Assembly (NCBI GenBank): GCA_964187785.1
Contig: OZ076409.1
Location: forward strand, 20,214,001-20,278,000
Length of the DNA stretch: 64,000 nt
From: Amphiscolops sp. MND2022
Taxonomy: Eukaryota
Direction: 5' to 3'
The notes beneath the pieces are model-generated. The model was not told where the DNA came from, did not search any database, and was given only the letters and a program-made list of their open reading frames with translations. Numbering within the stretch: position 1 is the first letter of the stretch; each line of letters begins with the position of its first letter. The position numbers and the translations under genes were made by a program. Shown here in pieces: positions 1 to 11,300 of this stretch.

Positions 1-840
1 ACCGAGAATAGGGAGGTAAGTTTTGCGACTTACATAGGTACGTTCAGTGAGTTGTCACAAGGCCCAAAAGTGTTCTCGCATATAGCAGATTTGAAACTCG
101 GCTATTAAGGGAGGCACCCGAGATCTATGTTATTTGCGGTAAAAGGTGAGGCTCATTTAACACAGAGGCGAAGCCGTGCTTCGCAAACACTTGCGAACTT
201 TTGAAGAAAACCAAATAAGCAATATCATACGGAAAACCAAGGGTAAAAGGAGATTAAAATTTCATCAATTTTACAGCGCCAAAAAATACCCGAAGGTACG
301 CGTAAGTCTCGAAAACCATTCTTCCCCAACTGAAAACAGCAAAAAAAAACCATTCTTTCTCAACGGAAAACCTTAAACAGAAAATAGAAGAAAAAAATTT
401 CAACATTTTTCGAAAACATTTTTGATGGTCTCCGGTAAGTCGCAAAGCCTTGAGGAGTCCTCTCGCAAAACGTTTCGTTTCTTGTAAAAATTGAGCAGGG
501 GCTTCGGTGAAAACAAATTTTAAAAAAGTCACATAGAAAAAAGATCGGTCTTTAAAAACGGTCTTTTAAAACTAAAAATTGAGAAAAAACTTTCCGAATT
601 TTTTTGAAGTTTCCGCTAAGTCGCATAGTGCCGAAAAATGTGAAAAAGGGACCCTTTAGGATTTTATAACATTCGTTCTGTTGCAAGATATCAAAAAATT
701 GAAAGGAAGACTCTTTGGGGACATTTAAAAAATTTCGAAAAACTCTCACAAAGCCGAAAAAAAGTCTCACAAAGCCGAAAAGTCTCATAGTGCCGAAAAA
801 AGTCAGAACCTTCTGCCTCAGAATACTTGTAAAAAAATAG

Positions 841-913
841 CGCATACCCACGGGTTCGAACACGAAACCTCTGGGTTGAAAAGCAAGCATCTTACCACTA
901 GACCACGAACGCG
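841..913 (-). pseudogene. tRNA-derived (pseudo-tRNA/SINE-like) segment within a repeat
   Basis: Minus strand has A-box TGGTCTAGTGG and B-box GTTCGAACCC at tRNA spacing with a partly paired acceptor stem; anticodon and T stems pair poorly. Confidence 0.55.
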
Positions 914-2178
914 TGAAACGTGCGAGTTGCCGCGTGAAATCAGAGAGTTGTCGCGCGGAAAAAAAAGCACCCGCACTTTCCCATAACACTTGCTTATCGC
1001 AAGTGTAATAAATATATTTATTTAGAGAATTTTTTGTTTCGTCGAAATTTTTAGTGGTCATTTCTGACCTAGAAATTGACACCATTAGACATCAATCAAA
1101 TTGAAATCGGCTATCGGCGCTCAGCTATTTAAAATACAAATTCACAAAACCTCACTACTTCAGATAGTGTTCAGAATTGTTCAACTTTTTTGCAAGAGTG
1201 CAAACGCAGTAAGTTTAACGGAAAGCCAACTTTTGATCTAAAGTGTTTATTACTTGAATTGAGACTATACGTTTTCGCTTCGACACAGGATATCAGTAAG
1301 TTATACTGTGTTCGCTCCTCCAAAGGTAGCTAGAAAGCTCGCAAGGAAGTAGTAGTAAGTCAATAGAAAGCACTTGCTTTTTGCCAAAGTTTTACTTTCA
1401 CTTACTTTAAACCCCGCTATAAACAACCGACGTGGCTTAGATGTTCAGTCACTTTGAGGCTGTTTCTTTTCCGTTGATTGATTCGAAATCCAGCGAGGTT
1501 CGTGAAACTCTTTTTGAAAAGTCAGTTTAACCAAGCGTGCTAGTTATCATTCCATTTCATAATTTGACACCATAAGCAATTTCCAAAAAGAAAATGGCAA
1601 CTCAGATTTGCGAAATAAAACATTTTCTACATTAACATTTGATTAAGTTGGTTATGTTAGTCCGTTACCTCCTTTTTGCGAATTCAACGTTGCAAAGAAA
1701 AGGTTTTCCTAAAAACATTCTGTAACAGGATACGAAAATTCGGCGGTACCAGTGCGCATCTTGTAAAACATCGTCTTAATTCACGGGTTCATAGCGTCTT
1801 CTAGCGGTGGAAAACAAGGAACCATGTGGTAAATTGAAGTAATTCAGTACTTGAGTCGCATCTGACAGGTGGATTACAATTCTGCGTCTATGATCTGTGT
1901 CAAAATTGCACAACGAAGTAAGTATAAGATTCCACAACAATTTAATTCCATTTGAACTGAGACCAACAAATCAGTATTTCATTTTAGATTTATATACTTT
2001 TTAAAACAAATTTGCACATTATTTGCATTCGAGACCTTTCAAATAAATTCGACGTGTTAAGGTTATTTACAAGAAATTTACATATGTATACGTAAGACAT
2101 TGATATTTTTTCATGAATACAGATTGTAAATGACAACATATAGGGGGTAGGGGCCATAAAATTGGGACGGGCTGTCAA

Positions 2179-2380
2179 CTATCGGGCTGTGGTTTGTTGG
2201 GCACTAGTCATGGGTTCCATGTGACACAGGGGACACCACTGGATACCATCCGAGTGTCTGGAATCGGCCTTGTGCTTACATGAAGGACACACCCAGAAAG
2301 ACCAGTTGAATATGGGTCTCCCAGTGGCCACACACACTGGATACCGAGCATTGCACTGATCATTTTCACACTGCTTTGAC
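2179..2380 (-). CDS. WDR35: WDR35 coding exon 24 (terminal)
   Basis: SKQCENDQC...CVATGRPIF...WVCPSCKH...CPLCH...stop. Confidence 0.93.
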
Positions 2381-5300
2381 CTGCAATCCAATTTCCAAAT
2401 GAACATTTTAGTCTTTTTTAGTCAATTTTTAGTCGGCGCCTTTTCATTTACAATTACAGTGACTAGTTTTTTTTCGCCAGACAACAGAATGTATGCGTAG
2501 TGGACATTTTTTACAGAACTACTAAACTACTGGACCGGCAAGCGGAAACGCATCTAAGTGCAAAGGGTCCTCCCTTTGCACGAACTCAATTTTAACGCAA
2601 GATACAAAGCCGGACGGGACTATAGGGCCCCCCATTTAATTTTAATGTCTCCAAAGGGCAATCAATGTTTTTGATACTTTGCAACAAACTGGACTTTCAA
2701 AAAGCCTAAAGGGTCCCGCTTTCACAATTTTAAAAACTTTGCGCTTTTTGAGCCTTAGATATAGCGCCGACTTTATACGTTCCCGTCACTTAGCTAGTTG
2801 GAAATTTTCTTACCATTTATAAAGGCTGGCTTCTCCACAGTTCAAACAGGTATCTCGAGCGAGACTGGCTTTGCTTTTAGGTGGATGCCTGAAAAAATTC
2901 AAAGCAAATCCCTGTAGTACTGATTGAGAAAGCAGAAAGTTGCATGCAAATTTCTCCAGCTAATGTTTCACAAAGCAGCATGTATTTGTTAGCTCAATTT
3001 CAAGAAAGTTTGTTCGTGAATGGACACAAAAGCAATATTTTGAAGCAAATAAAACCTAGAAAGAACACTTTGCATGAAGCGAACGAAAGGGCTTTGTCAC
3101 CTTATAAAAATAGACTCGGCCAACTGTTCAAACTCTTCTTTCTCGTCCTTGGCTGACACTTCCTCCAACTTGACGAACGCTTTGGATGCGATGTCGAAGC
3201 TGCGGCATCTAATGGCACTCAGTGCCAGAAGAGAGTAAATGGCGATCGGGTCCAAGTAGTCTTCGTAATCAACCAACTGCATGCTAGTCCACATTGCCGC
3301 TTCCGATTTTTCTGAATTACATCTCGATAATTTTCACAAATTGAATAAAAAGAATCGATTAAATTAGTCGGTCACACCATTATGACATGACGGATGCCAA
3401 TGACGGTTAGCTTCTAAATTGGGCGAAAAAGCGAATCGAAACTTTGTCATCATTTCCATCTTGGGATTTTCATGGTAATGAAGCGTGGTCAATTCAAATT
3501 GAGCATGCATTGACATAATATTGCCAAGATGAAAATGATACACATTTTCGAATCTTTTTTCACCCAATTTAAAAATTTAACCGTCACTCGTATCCATTGT
3601 TTGATGAATATTCATGATACAAAAATTCCAAAGACATCACAAGATCGGATTTAGAATCCAGCTTATTTCAGTAAGATCACACTGATGTACTTATTCAACC
3701 ATTTTCAACAGTTGTGAGTAAACTGACCTGCGTAGAACTGACGCTGTGCCAGAACGTAGAAGTGGAAAGCCTCGGCGCCTCTCCACGCATTGTCGATTAT
3801 ACGGGAGTCAGTGGCCGAATAGGAGCTGTCGTCGTCGAGAAGACCCGACAAGGCCTGCAACAAAACAGAATCAAGACTATTGATCTCAAAGACGTAGAAA
3901 ACTTTATGTAAGTACAACTTTGATACAGAAACGACCCCGAAAATGGAGAAAAAATTTCTTGCAACACAGGAATCTCAATATACTTTAAATATTTGCTCTA
4001 ATATAAGACATCCTACGAATATAACGCGCACCATTGCTTAATTGCCGAAAACACTGAGTATTGCGAGATAATTAACTAAACGAGCAATGGAAAATCTTAT
4101 CCTATTTTCTGTTTAAGTGAACTCGATAACCTAATATTGAAACATTAAACTCAAACTGTTAGTAGAGTTTTCGACGGATGTCTCTAGCTGTCGAATGCAT
4201 AGACCAAAGAAGAAACGTAAGATAATCTTGTTCACAAGACGTAGGTTGGCACATAGCACACCGCCAATATAAGATGTTTTGAAATCATGAAGAAGGTAGA
4301 CAGTAGTTTGAGTAGTAGCAACAAAATTCTCACATCTTTGTTCTTAGATCGCATGTTAGAGGAGCCGCCCATCGATCGCTCTCGTTGCATTTCCACCAAC
4401 TTGCCCGCCAGCACGTAGATCTTCTTTATTCTCAACGGGTTACTCTTCTTTGTGGTCTCCTCTTTCGCAATCTGAACAATGCTCTCTTTAAAACTTGAAC
4501 TCGTATTTCGCCATTCTTCAGTGAATTAAACCAGAACTTCTCTTTGCGTGAAATATTTCTCGAAAAAATCTTGATTCATTCTGGAATTAAATTATCCATC
4601 TTCACTACTATGTAAATAAGAAGTTATAGGAAAAGTCACCCATAGTCACTCACAGAAAAAAGTCTATGACAAGACAAGTATTGATGGAACAATTTATTTG
4701 ATTTCAGCGATGATTCTATATTGCTTGTATGGTATGTTTTGGCCTCCCTTCTTACGGGGCGCTCCGCCTCGCTCCTGCATTTAGGGCACTAAAGGTACAA
4801 TACTGTAAGGAAAGAATTGAACCTTTAATTGTAATAAATACCTTGGACTGCATGTAAAGAAAGATGGCATATTACATGTGATTTCTTTCAATCTATATTT
4901 GACTCATAAATTTAGGGAAGTGGAAAAACAAATCACATGTTTAAGATAATGGATTAAGTTGTCTCAATTACCAGTTTCTGTTGATAATAAATTTATCGGA
5001 AACAAGTCTAAAACAGAAAACTCAATCCCCAATCTTTGCAAAAAATAGCTGTCTCACGTGTTAAATAGTCAATGCATTGAAATTATCGAAAACCCCTTTT
5101 CAAAAATTTTATAATACCAATTATCTTGATCAGTGTTCGGAAATAATATATTGCAAAAGATTTGATAGTAATAATTACTAACAATATATTATTGGTTTCC
5201 AAATACCTAGACAATAATATATTGCAATAAATATATTATATTGGTTTAATAGTCCTTTAAATACATGCATTCGTTTAGTTTACATCGACTAGAAGCGCAA

Positions 5301-8300
5301 AATTGATAGTTGCATTTCTTTTCAGAAAAATTTGCTCGATGCTTTCGTTCGGTCCGCCCAACTTGTATAAACCTACAAACGCTTGAGAAAACATTATTAT
5401 CATCAAATGTATCAAGTCCATAACATTGAAAAGCAAAAATTATAACTGAAATACAAACAAAACACAGACAAAAAACTGCAACAGAAAGAAGAAAACAAGT
5501 AAGTAGAAATCCAACAAAGTTCCCAATATAGAATTATGGCATTGAACTATTGTTTTTTTCTGGTTATTCACGGGGGATTCTTCCCAGGCCGTGCAATATT
5601 CAGAAAACCGGTGCCTATTCATAGAGCAGAAAATGAAAATTTGGTCCCACACAGCCGAATTCAAAATACTAGCTTTTAGTGCTGTTACAGCCAATATGTT
5701 GGATTTTGATTTACTTGAAAAGGTTTGCATATTTGTTGTATGGCTCGGTCGCTTCGCTCCCTTCGCCAAGTAGCAACATTGAGGCATGGCCATATGGCAC
5801 GTCGCTCCGCTTCGCTTCGCTCCTGCATTCAGGGCACTAGGGGTATGTGAACATAGCTGACTACGTTATAATAATAATTCCGACAAAATCTGACACGCGT
5901 TTTCAGCTTAGTGAATTCAATTCGATTTCAAATTTCAGCCAATCAGATTGCAACAAAGAAATATTCTGCTGTTTGAGACCAATTTTTCATTTTCTGCTGT
6001 TTGGTACTTCGGCTGTTTGGGAATTCCCCGTGGAAACTCTTTGATGAGCTCATCAAATAAAATCCGTGCAGATGCTAGGTCCAAATCTTCTCTTTGAAGT
6101 TTCAACGTAATGGATTCAATTTTTTCTAATGCAGAAAAAAAATCTTTTTCATCTTCATGTTCTCACCCGGGTTGATCATCAAAGGTGCAATGTCCGTATC
6201 AGAAGAATCCAGAAATGGTAAAATCTCGAAATATCTCACCAACATGTGATAAGTCGAGTTCCACCTGGTTATACATCAATAATTGCAACGATATCACATT
6301 TTTCCCGAAGTTTAGCAGCGTTTTTAGTCGGCGCATTTTAGTAGAAAATGTGCCCGACTATCACAGTGGGTATTTTTTTAGACACGTCAGGTCCACTTTT
6401 TTGTTCATTTGTTCAACAACCTCAAACCTCAACAACTTCAAACCTCAACAACTCCAACCTCAGAAGCGCGTCCAAAACGAATAGAAAAAACAAAACAGAC
6501 GTCCACAACGTCGAAAACACACTAAAGAACCCACCTTAGCCCCACTTTTTTCCGGCACTATGCGACTTTTTTTGAAAACTTTTGGATTGCATCAGAGGGT
6601 CCCCCCTTCATTTGTTTCGATATTTTGCAACACAATGGATGTCAAAAAATCGCAAACGGTCCCTCCTTTTACATTTTTCGGCACTGTGACACTGTTCAAA
6701 AATCTCATTTAAAAAATTTTTCGGGAAACATTTTTTAAAAAACATTTTTTCATGTCTCCAAAGAGTCCCCCCTTCAATTTTTTTTAAATTTTTTGCAACC
6801 AGCTGGAGTTTCACAAAGCCCGAAGGGTCCCCCTTTTATATTTTGAGCCTTAGATATGGCGCCGACTTTGGCCGTTCTCGGCTTGTTTAAATTCGTTTTT
6901 AGTCGGCGCTTTTCCATTAAGGGAAAAATGCCCGACCTTTTTTCTTTTCTTCTTCAGACTACAATCCGCACACTGATCGGTCCACTTTTTACAATCCTGA
7001 GCAGAGCACCTGAGGCCAAGTCCGCCCAAGGCAAACTTTACTCCAAAGGGTCCCCCCTTTCATTTTTTATTTTTTCAAGGAAACATACAAACCGGACGTG
7101 CCCAAAGGGTCCCCCCTTTGGATTTTTTTCGGCACTGTGCGACTTTTTTCCGATTTTTTTTGTCTCCAAAGGGTCCCCCCTTTCATTTTTTACTTTTTTA
7201 ACGTAACCTACAAAACCGGACGTGCCTCAAGGGTACCCCCTTTGGATTTTTTTTCGGCATTGTGCGACTTTTTTTCGAAAATTTTCTAATGTCCCCAAAG
7301 GGTCCCCCCTTTGAGTTTTTTGATATTTTGCAACGGAATGTTTGTTATTAAAACCAGAAGGGTCCCCCCTTTTACATTTTTCGGCACTATGCGACTTCTT
7401 TTGAAAGAAAAAATTTTTTCAAAAATTTCAACTTTTTTCCAAAAAAAGTGTTTTACGCTTTTTGAGCCTTAGATATGGCGCCGACTTTAGACGTTCTCGT
7501 CTTGTTTTTCTTCAGACTACAATCCTCACACTGATCGGTCCACTTTTTTTAGAAACAATCCTGAAACCACCTAAGGCGCCAAGTCCGGCAAAGGCAAACT
7601 TAGTGCAAAGGGTCCCCCCTTTCATTTTTTACTTTTTCAAGGTAACCTACAAAGCCGGACGGGACTAAAGAGTCCCCCCTTTCGATTTTTTTTCGGCACT
7701 GTGCGACATTTTTCTCGAAATTTTTTTTGTCTCCAAAGGGTCCCCCCTTTCATTTTTTACTTTTTTAACGTAACCTACAAAACCAGCCGAGGCTAAAGGG
7801 TCCCTCCTTTTGATTTTTTTCGGTACTGTGCGACTTTTTTTCGAAAATTTTTTAATGTCCCCAAAGGTCCCCCCTTCGAGTTTTTTGTTATTTTGCAACA
7901 GAATGCATTTTTGGAAATCAAAAAGGGTCCCATCTTTTACATTTTTCGGCACTGTGCAACATTTTCCGAAAGAATTTTTTTTCGAAAATTTCAAGATTTT
8001 TCCAAAAAATGTTTTGCGCTTTTTGAGCCTTAGATATATATAGCGCCGACTTTAGACGTTCCCGTCTTGTTAGTTTTAGTGTCGCCGTTAGTTTTCTCAC
8101 TTTGTCTTCAACGTCTCCGCTGTCTTCAGTTTCCAGTAGTTTTTTACTGCAATATTTAACCGATGTGAAGCACAGCCGATTAAAGGCACACCGAGAAGGT
8201 CAGACAAGCTTTTGTTCATAGCGCAATTATCTTCTACTAAAAAATTTATTTTGTCAATTTTGCAATGATAAACGTCTTTCAGAATAGTCTTGATGAAATC

Positions 8301-11300
8301 AAAATGGCTTGAAGCTGTTAAATCTTATTCATTAAGCAGAGGCGAAAAGGCTAATAAAGGAGCTGCAGCCTGTTTGGCGTTTGCTGGATACGGATAAACT
8401 GCAAAAAGGCCCACATAATGCGTTTGTCCGTAAGTCCAACCATCAAGGACCAATCCAAATGAACCGGGCAACTCTTTTTGAAGCAGTGTTTCCACTTTTC
8501 GAGTTAACAGTCCGATATATTTGCCAATTGTCTTTGAACAAACTGACTCTAACTTGGAATATTTTTTAACCAGAGTTTTCTCAAAAAATGATAAAGGGTT
8601 GTTGTCCATAACTGTCCATTCTAACCAAGAATATAAATTGGAAGCCTGCTTGGGCACGCACAAAAATTGAGAATGCATTTGAATATTTCTATCAGTACTG
8701 ATTGTGTCCAAAGTTTGTTGCATACGCTGTAAATAACCAGGATGCCTCTCTTTGACATGAGATACCAGATTGGAATACCCTGACAAGATATTTTGAGTTC
8801 TTGTTTTCTTGCATCTGCATTCAAATTTAATCACAGGAGACTTCGAGTCATCCACAAAATGGAAATAAAGTCAGATATTTGCTTGCCGGTAAATTTAGCC
8901 ATTTGATTCTCAGTGGATCAGCTAGTCAGGATCACGTTTACAGTATACACGTTTTGCAAAAGTGAGAGTTTTGTAGTCACAGAGTTTGAAACAACGCGAA
9001 CAAATACTGAAATTTGATTGGTCACGACTTTGTCACAACTGATTTCTCAAAAAGCTTTGCTCGAGAACTGTTTTCAATGCAGTGTCCGCTTAGATGATCA
9101 AAATTTTCCATTTATAGTATTGTTCAATATAATACCCATAATCCAATAAATTGCCAATATTTTTGGTTCTGGAAAAATCTAACAATATATCATTTATTTG
9201 TATTATTGGCAATATATTGCAGTGACAATATATTAATTCCTAACACTGATCTTGGTCAAAAACAGTTGAATGTCTGCAGGAAATTGACAAGTGCGAGCGC
9301 TTCCCCCCAAATAAACAAAAGTTACAAAGTAGTTGCCAAATGCTACAAAATTGTCTAAAATGATGTCCCATATGCCAATTCAAAAGTAAATACAATCAAT
9401 GAAAAATAAAAGTTCCGTCATTATATGCAAACATGCATTCAGAGTGCCCAACAAAACTGTAGAATGTTTCTTTATTCGATTTTCAAATAACCTGAAGACC
9501 AGATTTCAAAGCTGTTTTTGTTGCTGTGAAATTCTTTCTTTACAGATGAAAGTTCAGATTATTTCTTACACTATTGTATGTGACCATGGCTAACTACGTT
9601 AGCGTAATTTTTTCTTAGCGTGAATTCGTTTTGGGCGTGGTTTCCAGACGCCAAATGAGAAATACTGATTGGTAGAAGCAAAACTAATCTATTTAGAGGT
9701 GATCCCACGTTAATTTTCAGGGTGTATGTATTTAATATTCTGGGTAAAATCCCTTGGAGACACGGTTGTCTAGTCAGCGCAGTTAAGGAAACAAGACGAG
9801 AACGTCTAAAGTCGGCGCCCTATCTAAGGCTCAAAAAGCGTAAAACACTTTTTTTGGAAAAAAATTGAAATTTTTGAAAAAAAATTTTCTTTCAAAAGAA
9901 GTCGCATAGTGCCGAAAAATGTAAAAGGGGGGACCCTTCTGGATTTATTAACAAACATTCCGTTGCAAAATATCAAAAAACTCAAAGGGGGGACCCTTTG
10001 GGGACATTAAAAAATTTTCGAGAAAAAGTCGCACAGTGCCGAAAAAAATCCAAAGGGGGGACCCTTGAGGCACGTCCGGTTTTGTAGGTTACGTTAAAAA
10101 AGTAAAAAATGAAAGGGGGACCCTTTGGGAACATTTAAAAATTTTCGAAAAAAATCGCACAGTGCCGAAAAAAATCCAAAGGGGGGACCCTTTGGGCACG
10201 TCCGGTTTTGTATGTTTCCTTGAAAAAGTAAAAAATGAAAGGGGGGACCCTTTGGAGTAAAGTTTGCCTTGGGCGGACTTGGCCTCAGGTGCTCTGCTCA
10301 GGATTGTAAAAAGTGGACCGATCAGTGTGAGGATTGTAGTCTGAAGAAAAAACAAGACGGAAACGTCCCAAGTCGGCGCCATATCTTAGGCTCAAAAATA
10401 TTCAAGGAACAACTATTGGAAAAATTTGGAAAATTTTTTTTCTTCAGAAAAATTATTTTTGAAATTTTTTTTCGGAAAAAGTATTTTTCAAGTCGCACAA
10501 TGCCGAAAAACTCAAAAAGAGGCCATTCAGGCTCATTCAACGTTTTCTACAAACCGAAAACTTCAAAAAATTGCAAGGGGTTACCCTTTGATAGAATCCG
10601 AAAATTTTCAAAAAAAAGTCGCATAGTGCCGAAAAAAACCCAAAGGGGGGACCCTTTGGTCTCACCTGCTGTACTTTTGGAAGCATAAAAATATTATGGT
10701 TTAGTGCGAGAATCGAACCCCCGCTCTCCGGCTTCAGAAATTTAGTCGAAGATGAACAACAGAACAGATGAACAAATTGTAAAAAGTGGACCATTCAGAG
10801 TGAGATTGTAGGCTGAAAAAAAAACTACCCACTGTAATAGTCGGGCTTTTTTCCTTAAGGGAAAAGGCGCCGACTAAAAAGGTCACTGCTATAGTCGGGC
10901 ATTTTTCCCTTAATGGAAAAGCGCCGACTAAAAATGAGCGCAACTATTACAGCGGGAGGTTTTTTTATCAGATAACAGAATGTATGCGTCGTGTACACTT
11001 TTTACAGAACTACTAAACCGGCAAGCGAGACTTTTCCCCAATTTTTTTGTCTCCGAAGAGTTCCCTCCGCCCTTCAATTTTTTGATATTTTGCATCAATT
11101 GGATGTTAAAACTAGAGCCGCATATGCGGTAAAGGAGTCGGCTTAAGTCTTTTTCCTTCTGACTCGCTTTCGTTCGAATCGTATGAACAGTTTGTGAGAC
11201 ATAACGAACCATCGATACAACGAACTCTCGTTGTGAAGCAATTTGATTTCTAAACCAATCAAAACCAAGCAAACACAAAAGTATTTGAAACAACGTACAC

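Larger units (their letters stand above)
5131..9248 (-). mobile_element. hAT DNA transposon (decayed, carrying nested insertions) in WDR35 intron 19
   Basis: Imperfect TIRs CAGTGTTCGGAAATAATATATTG and revcomp CAGTGTTAGGAATTAATATATTG; 8-bp TSD ATCTTGAT (5123-30) / ATCTTGGT (9249-56); AATATATT subterminal repeats; internal transposase remnant. Confidence 0.9.

Noticed and set aside
841..913. Functional tRNA gene
   Set aside because: Anticodon and T stems do not pair properly and diverged relatives recur inside repeats.
6608..8100. Many F/K/G/P-rich ORFs (KGSPL, FFGTVR, RRDPL), also at 10089-10943, 18234-18735 and 43671-45272
   Set aside because: Translations of the low-complexity HINE-like repeat in several overlapping frames.
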